From assembly GCA_964035575.1 (NCBI GenBank), contig OZ037834.1, forward strand, positions 744,001 through 808,000: 64,000 nt of DNA, in the 5' to 3' direction. Positions 1-11,246 of this stretch are shown here, piece after piece. The notes beneath the pieces were generated by a model. It did no database searches. It saw only the letters and a program-made list of their open reading frames with translations, and was not told the DNA's origin. This DNA comes from Rhynchopus sp. YZ270_cl-10. Its lineage: Eukaryota. Every line of letters starts with the position of its first letter. Position 1 is the stretch's first letter. Position numbers and translations under genes: made by a program.

Positions 1-522
1 AGGGGGCTACTCTTCAGGGGGGTCTACTATTTGACCCCCCAGTAATAGTATTGGTAGAAAACACGGTGCATACAACTTTTGTGTCCTTGTTTCCTCACAA
101 CAACTATGGGGAGGAAGCCGAAGACGTGGGTGATGAGGAACACGGAGGTCAGCATAAAGGAAGAGGCAGACACTGCAATGGATAACACCCTCGCAACAGC
201 TTCATCAACCGCACACGAGAAGGAGTACATGAAGTGTTGCACCTATGTCCGAGTCAAAGAGAACATAAAGAGTGCAGCCTAGCTCCTCTGCACCAACATG
301 TGAGATGTTCACATCGCACATAGTACTTTAAACACCTACATGATACGGGGTCAGGGAGTATTTTTAAAATGGGGGTATTTTTCTGTAGTACCTACCCCCC
401 ACCCACCCTCTGCCTCGCAAACACCACTCACCACGGGTTTATTATGACACACCACGTTTTCTCCTTCACACGTTCATCCATTTTTTCCATCTCAACTTTA
501 TCAAATTTTGAATAAAATTACG

Positions 523-669
523 TATTAAATGAAAATCAGGCAGATTTTCACTTGTGGGTGACTTTTTCACTCGTTTCTATTACTCCACTCGCTTCGCTCG
601 TGAAGTAAACCTCACTCGTGAAAAAGTCACCCACGCGTGAAAATCAAGCGATCTGATTTTCATTTAATA
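523..669. repeat. Long imperfect palindrome (foldback element) with TCGCTTCGCTC apex
   Basis: TATTAAATGAAAATCAG (523-539) pairs with CTGATTTTCATTTAATA (653-669). GTGGGTGACTTTTTCAC pairs with GTGAAAAAGTCACCCAC. The same apex occurs in the element at 59154-59296. Confidence 0.85.
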
Positions 670-1217
670 AATAGTCATAATTCCTACAAAGCCTAGCTGA
701 AAGGAGAAATAGTTCAGATACGGGTCGCCAATATCACACCCCATCCAACAGGGTAATTGAGCAGTCATGTTTTTCCTGGTCGCATACTGTGAATTTTCCT
801 GGATGCGCAGGAAAAAATGACTGGGGATGTGTTGGTGGCGTCCGTGATGCCACAAGAGCCGGCACACTAGTTGAGTGCCTCACAAAAAAAACCTCAAAAC
901 TTACTTCCGCTTTTTGATTTTATTTGTTGTCTTCAGGCTTTATCATTGTTGGGTTGGGAAATAAAATTCCCTTTTACTTACCTAACTCAGAGTTACTATT
1001 TTTTACCCTTTTGCATGAGCTTGACCGAGATGCGTTTGAGCAAGTTTCAACGCGACTTTTAATAATTCTTGATTGATTTTTACAGCTAAAAAACCCCCCA
1101 CAGAATATCACGAAACAAATAAAATAAAACAAAGACAAATGGATATTTTGCACAAAACTGTGGCAACACAAACCAGGCAACTTACTCCAAACAATGTATA
1201 CAAAAATAAAAAAAATG

Positions 1218-1391
1218 TCATCACGCTCGTCTGCGGTGACGTAAAAAGTGTTTAGTATAGTGGAGCACACTCTAGGGTGGCTACACTAATACAAACCAAG
1301 TTTTCAAAAAAGTTGGACAGTGGAGATTTGCACTAACTGTGGCAACACAACCTGAGGCAAACTACACTACTCCAACAATTTATCAAAAAAA
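1218..1391 (+). repeat. Short dispersed repeats of AGTGGAG...CTACACT hairpin type
   Basis: GTGGAGCACACTCTAGGGTGGCTACAC recurs at ~6870, ~7157 and (diverged) ~63425. GTGGAGATTTGCAC..TGTGGCAACACAACC..GAGGCAA.CTACAC recurs at ~37540 and on the minus strand at ~61400-61455 and ~62010-62063. Confidence 0.7.
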
Positions 1392-1775
1392 TAGACAAAA
1401 ACCACCTCTAGCCATCCTTTGTTTCTGGATCCGATTTTTCGATGCTCCTCCCTCGCTCTTCCCGCTCTTGACCGGTCACAAAAAATACATTGTGATCACC
1501 TCTTCCTCCTTTCCTGATTACAAAGGCGCGTTAGGCCCCTTTAGTCAGGATTTCCTACTTCTCACAACAAAAAAAAAAACAACAAAAAAAACAAAAATGC
1601 AATTTGGTGCTATGGGAAATCGGTCAACGATCTGTCAGCGACCTGACTATATCGAGCCCCTCCCGGAGCACCACAATTTTTAAAAAAGGTCGAAGGTACA
1701 CTACAAGATTTGTATTTCAATTTTTTTTGGGGGGAATATGGCCCAATGTTGGTGCACGAACCGCCCCCCTTTTAC

Positions 1776-1808
<33 letters not shown>

Positions 1809-1811
1809 GGT

Positions 1812-2614
1812 CAGGGTCCTCAACCGTAGACAAAGTCTGGCCACAGATTTGTCTAAGTTAAAAAAAAAGGCTAAAAAAAAATTTTCGCGCTCCGCGCGAA
1901 AAGGTCCTGTACAAAGCTAAAAATTGGGGGCTTTTTTTTTTTGTGTTGCTTTTTCGAAACTCGTTAAGTGGTCTTTTCATTTCAATAGAAGAGTTCGACA
2001 AATGAACAATCACACCCCACCCCACCCCTTCGCCCCACCCGTACCCCTAACCCCATTGTCCCCCCAACCTGATAAGCATCACACAGAAACTCTAACCTTC
2101 TTTCTTTTAAAGGCTTCAAAAATCCTTTGGATTTGGTCAGGCGTAAATTTATTCTCATTTGTCTCTGCCTGTTTGCACATAAGAATGCATAGCAGACTTG
2201 AATCCAGCAGTTTGTTTCTGTAGCTATTCTTGACGTACTTCATGCCGTTGAAGCAGCGCTCGTCTTCAACTGATGTGACGGGGATTGACAACCCAAGCAA
2301 AACAAGATCCCTCATAATGGGGTAGGCGTCTCCTGCGGAACTTGTCAAGAATGTTGCGATCAGGTCCGAAGTGTCCTTTGTTGTAGTTCTCTTCGACAAA
2401 ACGTCCACCAGGATCCTCCATTCTTCTTGCGCAGGTGAGGACTGAGGGAGTCTTGAGGGAACTCATTTTTTTTTTTGTTTTCAGTAAAGCTTCTTCTCTT
2501 TCAAACCACCCAAAAACCCAAAACCCAGGTTTTGTCTAACTTAGACAAAGCGTTTTTCAAAAAAAAAAAAAATTGTCTAAGTTAAGGCCTAACTTAGACA
2601 GGTTGAGGACCCTG
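1812..2614 (-). mobile_element. Internally deleted hAT DNA transposon carrying a transposase C-terminal (dimerisation domain) remnant
   Basis: TIRs CAGGGTCCTCAACC / GGTTGAGGACCCTG. Perfect 8-bp TSD TTTTGGGT (1804-1811, 2615-2622). Minus ORF 2079-2408 contains YPIMRDLVLLGLSIPVTSVEDERCFNGMKYVKNSYRNKL, matching the hAT PxTSxxxERxFS..K..RNxL motif. Confidence 0.9.
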
Positions 2615-2630
2615 TTTTGGGTGACTAATC

Positions 2631-3174
2631 CAGGGAAATAGCTTGGTTTTCCTCCAAAATCAGGAATTATGCGAAAACGAAATTTTTTTTCGCCCGGTCG
2701 AAAGCGGTCGTTGTGCGCTTTGCGCAAGCCTCCCTGAGTGGAGAGGCGAAAGGTCAAATTGCGAGATAACAAAAAACAACGGAATGTAATCCTTTATTAC
2801 GGAGCTTGGTCTTGCACCTTACGTTCCACTAACCGTGTGGGAAAAAAATAAATGGCGCCGCAGGCGAAAAAAAAATAGGGTACGGTGTAAAAATGCTGGT
2901 TTACAACCACACAGCCACTCAACAAACCCTTTTTTGCGGAGCAAAAAAGGAAAATGGCGCCGCAGGCAAAAAAAAATAAGGGGTACGGTACCTCTGCAAA
3001 CGCAGCGAGCGAAAATTTTAAGATTCCATCATTCCAGTCATTTGGGAGATCTGGGGGTCGGGCGAGGGGCCCCCAAAAGTGCCCAAAAATCCCTCTTTTT
3101 TTTTTTTTTTTTTTTCCCCAAAAATCTAGAATTATGCGATGTCGCATAATTCGGTATATGGAGCTATTTCCCTG
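2631..3174. mobile_element. hAT-type MITE
   Basis: TIRs CAGGGAAATAGCT / AGCTATTTCCCTG. Perfect 8-bp TSD GACTAATC (2623-2630, 3175-3182). Confidence 0.85.
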
Positions 3175-3362
3175 GACTAATCACAGAGAGGCTTAGGATC
3201 ATCTTATCCGGTACACTGTCACGAGAGGGGCTTTTTGTATTTCCAGCTCTCTTTTTTCTTCTCTGGGGCAAGCCATTTGTGTTTCCTTTTTACACCTTCA
3301 GTTGTTGGCCGCAGGGTAACTCTGTGCCCTTCAGCCTGGTCAGCGCTCATCTCATCGAACTT

Positions 3363-3394
<32 letters not shown>

Positions 3395-3553
3395 TCGATG
3401 TGTGCACGAGAAAGCGCAGTGCATCTCACAAGTTTCATTTTCTGGTGACTAACAGGGGTGACGTAAGCACGAGAGGCTTAGGTTCATCACTAAACCCTCC
3501 TTTTCTTTCCACGCCACAGTTCCCTTTTACGCTTTCTGCTGGCTATCACACCG

Positions 3554-3750
3554 GTATCACTTGTGATACAGTTTCCATTGATAGACCTGAAAAGGGGCAG
3601 CACACAGGTGGTTCCGTGTCATGTTTTTCCACAGAACCGACACGTGTGGCGTGTCTCCCAAACAACAAAAAAGCGTGGTGCCAATGAATAAAAAATGTTG
3701 AAAGGAAAAAGGAAGAACAAAACAGCGTGGTTTACAACAGGGACTATAAA
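3554..3750 (+). repeat. ~200-bp dispersed repeat
   Basis: A diverged copy lies at ~21575-21770 (GTATCACTTGTGATACAGTTTCCATTGA..AGACCTGAAAAGGGGCAG...GGGACTATAAAA). Confidence 0.8.
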
Positions 3751-4424
3751 ACCCCCCACCCAGCCACCAAACCCAAAAAAAAACCCCCCCCTCCTCCCCA
3801 AAGTTCGACATACAGTGCTATTTGGGAGGGTCGTCCAACTTTTTTCTATGTTTTCCTTCTTTTTTCTTTTCTTTTTTTTTTTGTTGCCCTGTTCAGCCAA
3901 AAAAGAAATGCAGAAGAAAAATAACTGTTGGTGAGAAAGTGGGTTTACACATCACTCTCTCAATACCGGTTTTTATTTTTTTTCAAAAAAAAAAAAAAAA
4001 AGAAAAAAAACGAAAAACCATTTACAACACAAAAAAGACAACCTCACTCTTTTCCCCCCCAATCATTTTTTTTTCTACCCTCAAATACACACCCCACTCT
4101 CTCAGCATTTTTCTTTTCTTTGTAGTGAGGCTTCAACAGGAATTCGTCGCTATCTCAACAAAGAAGCGCACCTACCTTTTCAACTTACAAAGTACTACTT
4201 GGTGTGGCTGAAAGGGGGTGCTATTTTCTGCTATTTTCTGCTATTTTGGGGGTCGTCAGCCACACCAACTACAAATGAAATACAATACAAAACAGAATAG
4301 CAAAAAAAACAAACACAAAACAAACTTTCAAACCACCCTCTCTCAACCCTCTTTATTACAGTACATACACAACAACAAAGCAAGGTCACATTCCCTCCTA
4401 CCCACCTACCCACCCACCACCACC

Positions 4425-6644
4425 ATGGTCGCCGAAACACCCCCTCTCGAAGAGAGGGACTCAGACCTAATGAGGGCAGCTGTAGATGGTGTCGCCGCAG
4501 ACGACGAAAGAGTGTTAAAGGTCACTGTGACCAAACTCAACGGAAAGGTGGGATGGACCCGCGACTGCGACACCCTCATGATTGACGCTGTGGAGAAGGA
4601 CTCTGCTGCAGACCGTGCTGGGATCAAACCCAAAATGCGCATTATCTCTTTAAACGGCGCTATGGTCACCAACGATGAAGACTATTCACGTGAACAGGCA
4701 AAAATTCCTTCTAACATTGATCATTTCACTTTGGTGCTTGATTTAGAAGAGCTTTTGGAGGATCAAGCAACAGAGGTGTTGGACGAAGCGATTATACGGA
4801 GGGCGCAGAATTTGACTCTCGAGGAACAGGTCGCGGAGGACCAAAAAATTATGGTAGGGATCGATCTGTTCATGAATAATGACTACGCTGCTGCAGAAAA
4901 GCTGTTTGAGGAGCGTGCTGGGGTGGACCCCTTGGCGGCGGAGGCGCACGCTACGATAGCCTTTCTTCGTGCAGCAATGTCGTTCTCTCAAAAGGATATG
5001 AAAGAAGCAAGACGCCGAATCCGTCGCTGTATTTCTATCGCCACTCAAGTTGGAACCCCTCTCGATGCAAAGGGGGGTGTTGCTGGTGTTGCCTCCTCAA
5101 TAAAAGGAATATTTAAACAGCCGAAATCCATTTCAAACTGCGAGGCGAGGTGTCAAATCATTGTCATTGAAGCGAATTTGTTGAAAAGCATTTTACTTCT
5201 CTCCGAGGATTCGGTTATATCTCATGTTCGTGCTGGGTTGGGGTTGAGGAGGGGGTATGTTGCTGCAGAAGCGCTGGCCAAACTGATCGATTCTTCTCTG
5301 AAAAAAGGAGAGAAAAAAGGAGTAGTCGACACTACAGGGCACCCAAAGGGACTGCCAAAAGGAGCGGAAATTCCGAAAGATGGGTCGAAATTTGGAGAAT
5401 GGGGTGAATCCGCATTTCACTATTTCGACTACAATACTGTAGGGGGCGTTCAACTCAACCTCGGTGCAATAAACTGCGCGCTCTCCTCAATGCCCGCTAG
5501 GGTGCTGGCATTGCTCTCTATGTTTGGCTATATGTGCGACAGAGAGGCGGGGTTCAGCCACTTAAAAACGGTGCTCGCCGGAGGGGGGACCCGGGCTGCA
5601 GTAGGGGGACTATTTTTGACCATCCATTTCGGCGTTTTACCCTCATTCTCTTCAGTTCTTGCGAAAGATGCGCTACCAGAAGCAGAGGCTTTAGTTCAAA
5701 CCATGTTAGGACAATATCCTAACTCAGCGATCTATCTGTGGGTTGCAGGGAGGGTGTCGCGGTTGAAACGGCATGTTACAGAGGCAGAAGGGAAATTCCT
5801 AAAGGCGATTGAGCTTGGGAGAAAGGCAGAATTCCCGCAATTAACGCATATTTCGTATTATGAGATGGCATGGTGCCACTGCTTTGATTTGAACTGGGAG
5901 AAGGCGGTGCCGTGCTTCGAACTATTGTATGAAGAAAGCGAGTGGTCGAAATCTTTCAATGCGTATAGTATTGCCTGCTGTTATGTCGAATTGAAGAAAA
6001 GCAAGGAAGCAAAAATTTGGTTTACCAAAGCAGAATCAAACCTTGGACGCAAATTTGGGGGTCGAACCATCTCCGTTGAGCAATATATCGAACGGAAAAT
6101 CGCTTTCTTTAAAGGAGGCGATTTCACGTCAATGCACTTCCCTGGGGTAGAATTGATGATGTTGTTTAATGCATTTGGCCAGATGGGGCCGGCGTTTTTG
6201 AGTATGGTGAAGGACAACGTCGCAAACAGACGGGACGCAATTCGGGAAGGTAAAGCAACAGCAGGGAGTCCCGACCATGTGGTGGCCCTGCGATTAATCG
6301 AGGCAAATTGCTACAAAGAGGTTAAGGAGATTGAGACGGCACGAAAAATGTATGTGGACATCGAGGCCGAGTGTCCTACCAAAAAATGGAAGAAAATCCT
6401 CCCGCAGGAGTCCTGGGTACTCCCCTATGCGTATTATGAGCACGGTTGTCTCGAATTTGAGGCAGGTAACATTACCCTCGCAAATGAGCTGCTCTCGAAA
6501 AGCAATTCCTTCAAAGATTTTAACTTTGAAATGCCGCTCGCCCTGCGCATCCATATCACAAAGGAGCTGATGACGCGGACTGCACCCAAGGAGAAAACTG
6601 AAAAGAAGAAGAGCGGCGGGCTGCTCGGGATGTTTAAAAAATGA
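4425..6644 (+). CDS. TTC39: TTC39/IML2-family TPR protein with N-terminal PDZ domain (739 aa)
   Basis: First plausible ATG (CACCATGG) follows low-complexity leader sequence. PDZ-like segment VTKLNGKVGW..IDAVEKDSAADRAGIKPKMRIISLNG. TTC39-like motifs GIDLFMNNDY, LSSMPARVLALLSMFGYMCDREAG, YPNSAIYLW, YYEMAWCH, LYEESEWSKSFNAY, PYAYYE. Confidence 0.85.
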   Translation: MVAETPPLEERDSDLMRAAVDGVAADDERVLKVTVTKLNGKVGWTRDCDTLMIDAVEKDSAADRAGIKPKMRIISLNGAMVTNDEDYSREQAKIPSNIDHFTLVLDLEELLEDQATEVLDEAIIRRAQNLTLEEQVAEDQKIMVGIDLFMNNDYAAAEKLFEERAGVDPLAAEAHATIAFLRAAMSFSQKDMKEARRRIRRCISIATQVGTPLDAKGGVAGVASSIKGIFKQPKSISNCEARCQIIVIEANLLKSILLLSEDSVISHVRAGLGLRRGYVAAEALAKLIDSSLKKGEKKGVVDTTGHPKGLPKGAEIPKDGSKFGEWGESAFHYFDYNTVGGVQLNLGAINCALSSMPARVLALLSMFGYMCDREAGFSHLKTVLAGGGTRAAVGGLFLTIHFGVLPSFSSVLAKDALPEAEALVQTMLGQYPNSAIYLWVAGRVSRLKRHVTEAEGKFLKAIELGRKAEFPQLTHISYYEMAWCHCFDLNWEKAVPCFELLYEESEWSKSFNAYSIACCYVELKKSKEAKIWFTKAESNLGRKFGGRTISVEQYIERKIAFFKGGDFTSMHFPGVELMMLFNAFGQMGPAFLSMVKDNVANRRDAIREGKATAGSPDHVVALRLIEANCYKEVKEIETARKMYVDIEAECPTKKWKKILPQESWVLPYAYYEHGCLEFEAGNITLANELLSKSNSFKDFNFEMPLALRIHITKELMTRTAPKEKTEKKKSGGLLGMFKK

Positions 6645-8504
6645 TGTAAAAGGGAGCAAAGGGGAGGGGGAAAAAAAATGTGTATTTTTTTTAGGTGCAG
6701 TGTACAGAGAAAGTTTCTGTTGCGATGAAGGAGTTGTAGCACGGTGTAGATGCTTCAACGCAACAAACGAACAACAACAAAAGAGAGACACAAGAAACTT
6801 TTCAATGTGACATCTGCCGCACAAGAGAGATCATCGCGCTCGTCTGCGGTGACGTAAAAATGTTTAGTAGTGGAGCACACTCTAGGGTGGCTACACGGAT
6901 ACAAAGTTTTCAAAAAATAGAGGGGAAAAAAATGGTGAAGCAGAAGAAGAGAGAAAGAGGAGTTCATCGACCGAAACTTCTTTTTTCAAAAAAATGTGTA
7001 TTTTTAAATGGTGGTGATTGAGAGTTGAAGAGAGGGAGGGTAGGGGGGGAGGGGGGGAATAAAAAGAGATATAAAAGACACACTGTGTGACAAAAGGACC
7101 TGCGCCTTGGTAGTAGGTTTTGCTTTTTCTTTCGTTCAATTTAAAAAAAAAAAATAGTGGAGCACACTCTAGGGTGGCTACACTAATACAACCAAGTTTT
7201 CAAAAAAAAAAAAAAAAAAAATGACAGTGGATCTTGCGCAGGTGGCAACTACACTAATTCTAACATTTTTTCACAAAAAAAAGACAAAGTAATGTTTGGG
7301 TATCCGAGCAGTGTATGTAAGCCACTGTCGGAGTTTTTGTTTTGTTTTGTTTTTTTGTATTGTCAGTTACCTTCGTTTGTGGTACATTTTCCAAAATGAG
7401 TGCAAACCTAGACCCCGCAAAAATGGATTGTAGGACTGAATGATTTGGGGGTCCACCCGCACCGTTAATGCACCCAAGGGTAACATTTGTCACGAGAGAT
7501 CTTTGTATTTCAAGTCCACTTTTGTTTCCTGTCGGTGCCCGGGTCTGTGGGAATATTATCTAAATGATTGGACAATCGTGGTGGTGATCTGTTCATGTAG
7601 CATGATTTGTTTTTTTGTAATTTTTTTTCCACAACAGAATAAAGGAACGAAAGCTGTTTTATTATGTACCGACCCCTCCCCACGGGGGATGGTCGGTATT
7701 AACGTTTAGGCAAGGGATGCATGTGGCCAAGAAGACACCCCCCTTCTTTGGACGGTGGAGACCTTAGTATTCCCCCTGTTTTTTTGTGCCGTTTTTTTTT
7801 TGACTTATTTTCTCTCATTTTGTATATTTGTTGATGCTGTGCGATAAAGAATGTGATCAAGGTGACGAAGCACGAGAGGCTTAGGGTCATCTTATAAAAT
7901 TTTCTTTTCTTTTTTTTTTTGATAAAACAACTTGTTGTCAATTCTAAAAAGATTGGAGGCAGCGCTGCAGGGCAAACAAAACGGATTGAAAAAAACAGAA
8001 GCTTGCTTGTTTTCTTTGAGTACTCAATTAACCACAACAACCGTACTTCAGTTTAACACATTTTTTCACCTTTTTGTTTTCCCGGCTTTGCGCGCACGAA
8101 CAAAAGACCCGATCTTTTTTTATTCTCTATTTTTGACCATAAAACCCATTTGTATAACTGCACTACAAACTAACACGACCACAAGAGCTTTGTTGATCTC
8201 CATTCTTTTGCTTTTCCTCACTCCCTCTCTTAGAAAACTTAAGGTGTTTCAGTGTAGCTGCCGTCGGGGCACCGTGTCTGCCATTTTCCCGTTCCCATGC
8301 CCACGTCCGTACACTGCACACAACCCACTTTTGAGACCCTTCTTCACAGCTGTCTGATGCTGCTGGTGGTGCATCACCACACAACCTCTGTTGCTGGGAC
8401 AGGCATCACCTTTGTTCAAGTTTCTTTGTGTCCGCAACACCACACCACACAGGTCCCTTCCTTCTCTCCCTACCCCTTCCCACCCCTCCTTCCACAAAAC
8501 GAAA

Positions 8505-10766
8505 ATGTGTTTTGGCGCCTCCCCCACCACGCCACCGATGGTTGTGTGTGAAAACGTTGGATGCACGTCACCTGCAGAGCTGCAGTGTGGGTACTGCAAC
8601 GAGATGTACTTCTGCAGCAAGGATGACTGCTTCGACTTGCTGCACCGTGAACCCGACCGTGCCGTGCACCGCAAGTCTGTCAGTGCGTATGGGACAACAT
8701 CGATGTGTGCCCTGCATCGGGGCCAAGAGCTGCGCCTCATCTGTGAAGACCCTGCATGTGGAAAAGCCTTGCTCTGCACGTCCTGCGTCACGACGGAACA
8801 CGTGGGACACACCACAACCGACATCCCGCAGTACATGGAGCGTGTGCGCGGAACCCTCTGCACACATGAGGCAGATCTGAGGAAGCGACGCACTGCTGCA
8901 GAGGAGGAGTGCCGTGTGCTTGAGGGATTGGGTGTCAGGTGCAAAGACCATCTGCAGCAGACAGAGCGCGGGTACCTCTTTATGGCGGAGGGCTGGACAC
9001 GCAGCCACATTGAGAGCGAGGAGGAGGTGTCGAGGAAGCTCCACACACAGCTGTACAGTATTGCAGGTGACGTGTCTGCACTGAAGGCGTTCAGCGCACA
9101 TGCGGACGACGTGGTTGCTACGTGCAAGGATGTGTGCCAGCTTGGGCCTGATGTCGCACAGCGCATGATCACACAGTCGCAGGAGATCATGCACACCATA
9201 GCAAGCATCCCACCGAACATGAACCGCCACCGCCTTGTGGGTGTTGTCTCCCCACACGCAGAGCTTTCCGTGACACTGCCTGAGTGTGTTGCGAGCCTGC
9301 ACGACGACCTTGCCCAGAGTTTGCGAGTTGGCGTGTCTCTGCCTGTGGAGGGCTTTGATGGCGAGATGCACAAGGTTGAGGTGGGTGAGGAGGACACAGC
9401 CGCAGACTTGCATCGGAAGGTGGTGTCTGCAGTGGGGTTGCCTGAAGAGGTGGTGCACGTGAACTACAAGGGCGAAGCGATTGTGGAGGGAGAGGACATG
9501 TGGCCAGCGCCGCTGCGTGCAGACAGGATCGTGGTGACGAAGACAACGAAGTACGAAGCCACCACTGCACTGGAGGCATTGGGTGTGCCAGCACACACAG
9601 AGTCGCTGCAGCGTGTGGATGATGCAAAGGTGGCCTGCTTGCTTCTGCAGGCGGAGGTTGCGACTGCAATTCCCGACAGGTTCCTGTCCGGTGCAATATT
9701 CACAACACTCGACCTGACCGGCACGGACTTGAGCTTTGTTACGACTGTTGGTGAGAGCTTTCTTCGCAGCTGTCCGAACCTGACAACAGCCAACATCTCA
9801 GGCTTGACTGGCGTGACTGCGATTGGGACGCACTTCCTGAGTACGTGCACGTATCTGACAGAGCTTGTCGCTGACTTGAGCCATGTGACCGCCATACCAG
9901 ACTTCTTTCTCTACCAGTGCACGGCACTGACCAAGGTCGACGTCACCAGTTGGAACAGCGTGACCTCGATTGGGAACAGCTTCTGTCGCAGGTGCGCATC
10001 GTTGGAAAGCTTCGACCTGACTGGGTTCGTGAATGTCACTGCCATTAAGGATGGTTTCCTGCAGGAGTGTGCGTTGCTGAGACGCCTCGACCTCTCTTGC
10101 ATGAGCAGTCTCGCCGAAGTTGGTGACGCCTTTCTGAAGGACTGCCGGACACTGACAGACGTGGACGTGTCTGGTCTGCCCAGTCTGGGTGTGATCGGGA
10201 ACAGCTTCCTCGATGGCTGTTCGGCACTGAAAACACTCAACCTATGTGGCTTCGAAGGTGTGACCGCAATTGGCACTCACTTCGCTTACAATTGCACACG
10301 GCTGCAAGCAGTGAGCATTTCAGGCTTGAACAGCGTGGCTGCGATTGGGAAGTACTGCCTTGCCGGGTGCACGATGCTGAAGACACTTACGATCACTGGC
10401 TTGACAGCGCTGCCTCGTATCGAAGACTCCTTCGCTTCAAACTGTGTGTCGTTGACGTCACTGAACATTGCTGGTTTGCGCAGTGTGACCGTTCTTGGGG
10501 ACGACTTCCTGTCCGGGTGCACGAATTTACGAGGACACGACTTCACTGCCTTGTCAGGCGTCACTGCAGTTGGGGCGAACTGCCTTCAGGGGTGTGCGGA
10601 CTTGGAACTGTTGAAGGAGCTTCATCGTGTTCAGACGGAGGAGAAGAAGCTACAGGAGGAGCTTGAGCGCGTTAAGGAAAACAAGAAGCGGGAGCTGCCT
10701 GAGCGTATTCAGAAGGAGAAAATGAAGCAGCAACTTGAGCGTGTTCAGGAGGAGGAGGAGAAGTAG
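8505..10766 (+). CDS. B-box1/B-box2/coiled-coil/ubiquitin-like/BspA-type LRR protein, copy 1 (753 aa, soluble charged tail)
   Basis: Two Cys/His clusters (CENVGC..CGYC..FC..DC..LH..H; CALH..IC..AC..LCTSC..EHVGH). Ubl-like VEGFDGEMHKVEVGEEDTAADLHRKV..GLP..YKG. About 12 repeats of the form LDLSxLxxVTxIGxxFLxxCxxL. The ATG context ACGAAAATG is shared by all four copies. Confidence 0.85.
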   Translation: MCFGASPTTPPMVVCENVGCTSPAELQCGYCNEMYFCSKDDCFDLLHREPDRAVHRKSVSAYGTTSMCALHRGQELRLICEDPACGKALLCTSCVTTEHVGHTTTDIPQYMERVRGTLCTHEADLRKRRTAAEEECRVLEGLGVRCKDHLQQTERGYLFMAEGWTRSHIESEEEVSRKLHTQLYSIAGDVSALKAFSAHADDVVATCKDVCQLGPDVAQRMITQSQEIMHTIASIPPNMNRHRLVGVVSPHAELSVTLPECVASLHDDLAQSLRVGVSLPVEGFDGEMHKVEVGEEDTAADLHRKVVSAVGLPEEVVHVNYKGEAIVEGEDMWPAPLRADRIVVTKTTKYEATTALEALGVPAHTESLQRVDDAKVACLLLQAEVATAIPDRFLSGAIFTTLDLTGTDLSFVTTVGESFLRSCPNLTTANISGLTGVTAIGTHFLSTCTYLTELVADLSHVTAIPDFFLYQCTALTKVDVTSWNSVTSIGNSFCRRCASLESFDLTGFVNVTAIKDGFLQECALLRRLDLSCMSSLAEVGDAFLKDCRTLTDVDVSGLPSLGVIGNSFLDGCSALKTLNLCGFEGVTAIGTHFAYNCTRLQAVSISGLNSVAAIGKYCLAGCTMLKTLTITGLTALPRIEDSFASNCVSLTSLNIAGLRSVTVLGDDFLSGCTNLRGHDFTALSGVTAVGANCLQGCADLELLKELHRVQTEEKKLQEELERVKENKKRELPERIQKEKMKQQLERVQEEEEK

Positions 10767-10959
10767 GAGGAACTTCAGCATGTTCTGACCGCCTTGCACG
10801 CTGTCTCTGACGCAGGTGGAAGCGCCTCGCTCCACACACAGACAAACAGCTCTGCACCCCCACTCTGCATCACATCTGTCACCATAATACGGGGTTAGGT
10901 CCCTCTTACAGGAGGATCTTTGTCAAACAACGTTTTCCCCATCCCTTCCCTCCCCTTTA

Positions 10960-11113
10960 CACACATTGTCCACATGAGACAGTGCCTCGTGTGCACCCAG
11001 CAAGATGGCTGGCTGAACACACGTAATAATTGTTAGTTCTTGCCCTGTTTCGGTCACTTCATTGCATCCTGTTTTTAAGAGTGCACAACGCATTCATTGT
11101 TTTGTGACGTAGT
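10960..11113 (+). repeat. Conserved spacer unit of the LRR/dynamin array
   Basis: CACATTGTCCACATGAGACAGTGCCTCGTGTGCACCCAGCAAGA...GTTCTTGCCCTGTTT...AAGAGTGCACAACGCATTCATTGTTTTG also occurs at ~17740, 22410, 23120, 43805 and 44480, and partially at ~37220 and 40671. Confidence 0.9.
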
Positions 11114-11246
11114 TTGTGAAGCTTGTGAAGCTTGTGAAGCTTGTGAAGCTTGTGAAGCTTGTGAAGCTTGTGAAGCTTGTGAAGCTTGTGAAGCTTGTGA
11201 AGCTTGTGAAGCTTGTGAAGCTTGTGAAGCTTGTGAAGCTTGTGAA
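11114..11246. repeat. 9-bp tandem repeat (TTGTGAAGC)n, ~15 copies
   Basis: Direct reading of the sequence. Confidence 0.97.

Noticed and set aside
79..282. Short coding-like ORF at the window start
   Set aside because: Too short, with no recognisable motif; it lies among repeat termini.
4218..4424. N-terminal extensions from GTG/TTG or upstream starts in the ORF track (also 8391, 18179, 23279, 28775, 34313, 37734)
   Set aside because: Low-complexity leader sequence whose reading frame is not conserved between paralogs. The conserved ATG contexts lie downstream.
10764..10766. Stop-codon reassignment (TAG = Gln)
   Set aside because: No other in-frame TAG or TAA interrupts the long genes, and TAA, TAG and TGA all terminate ORFs here.
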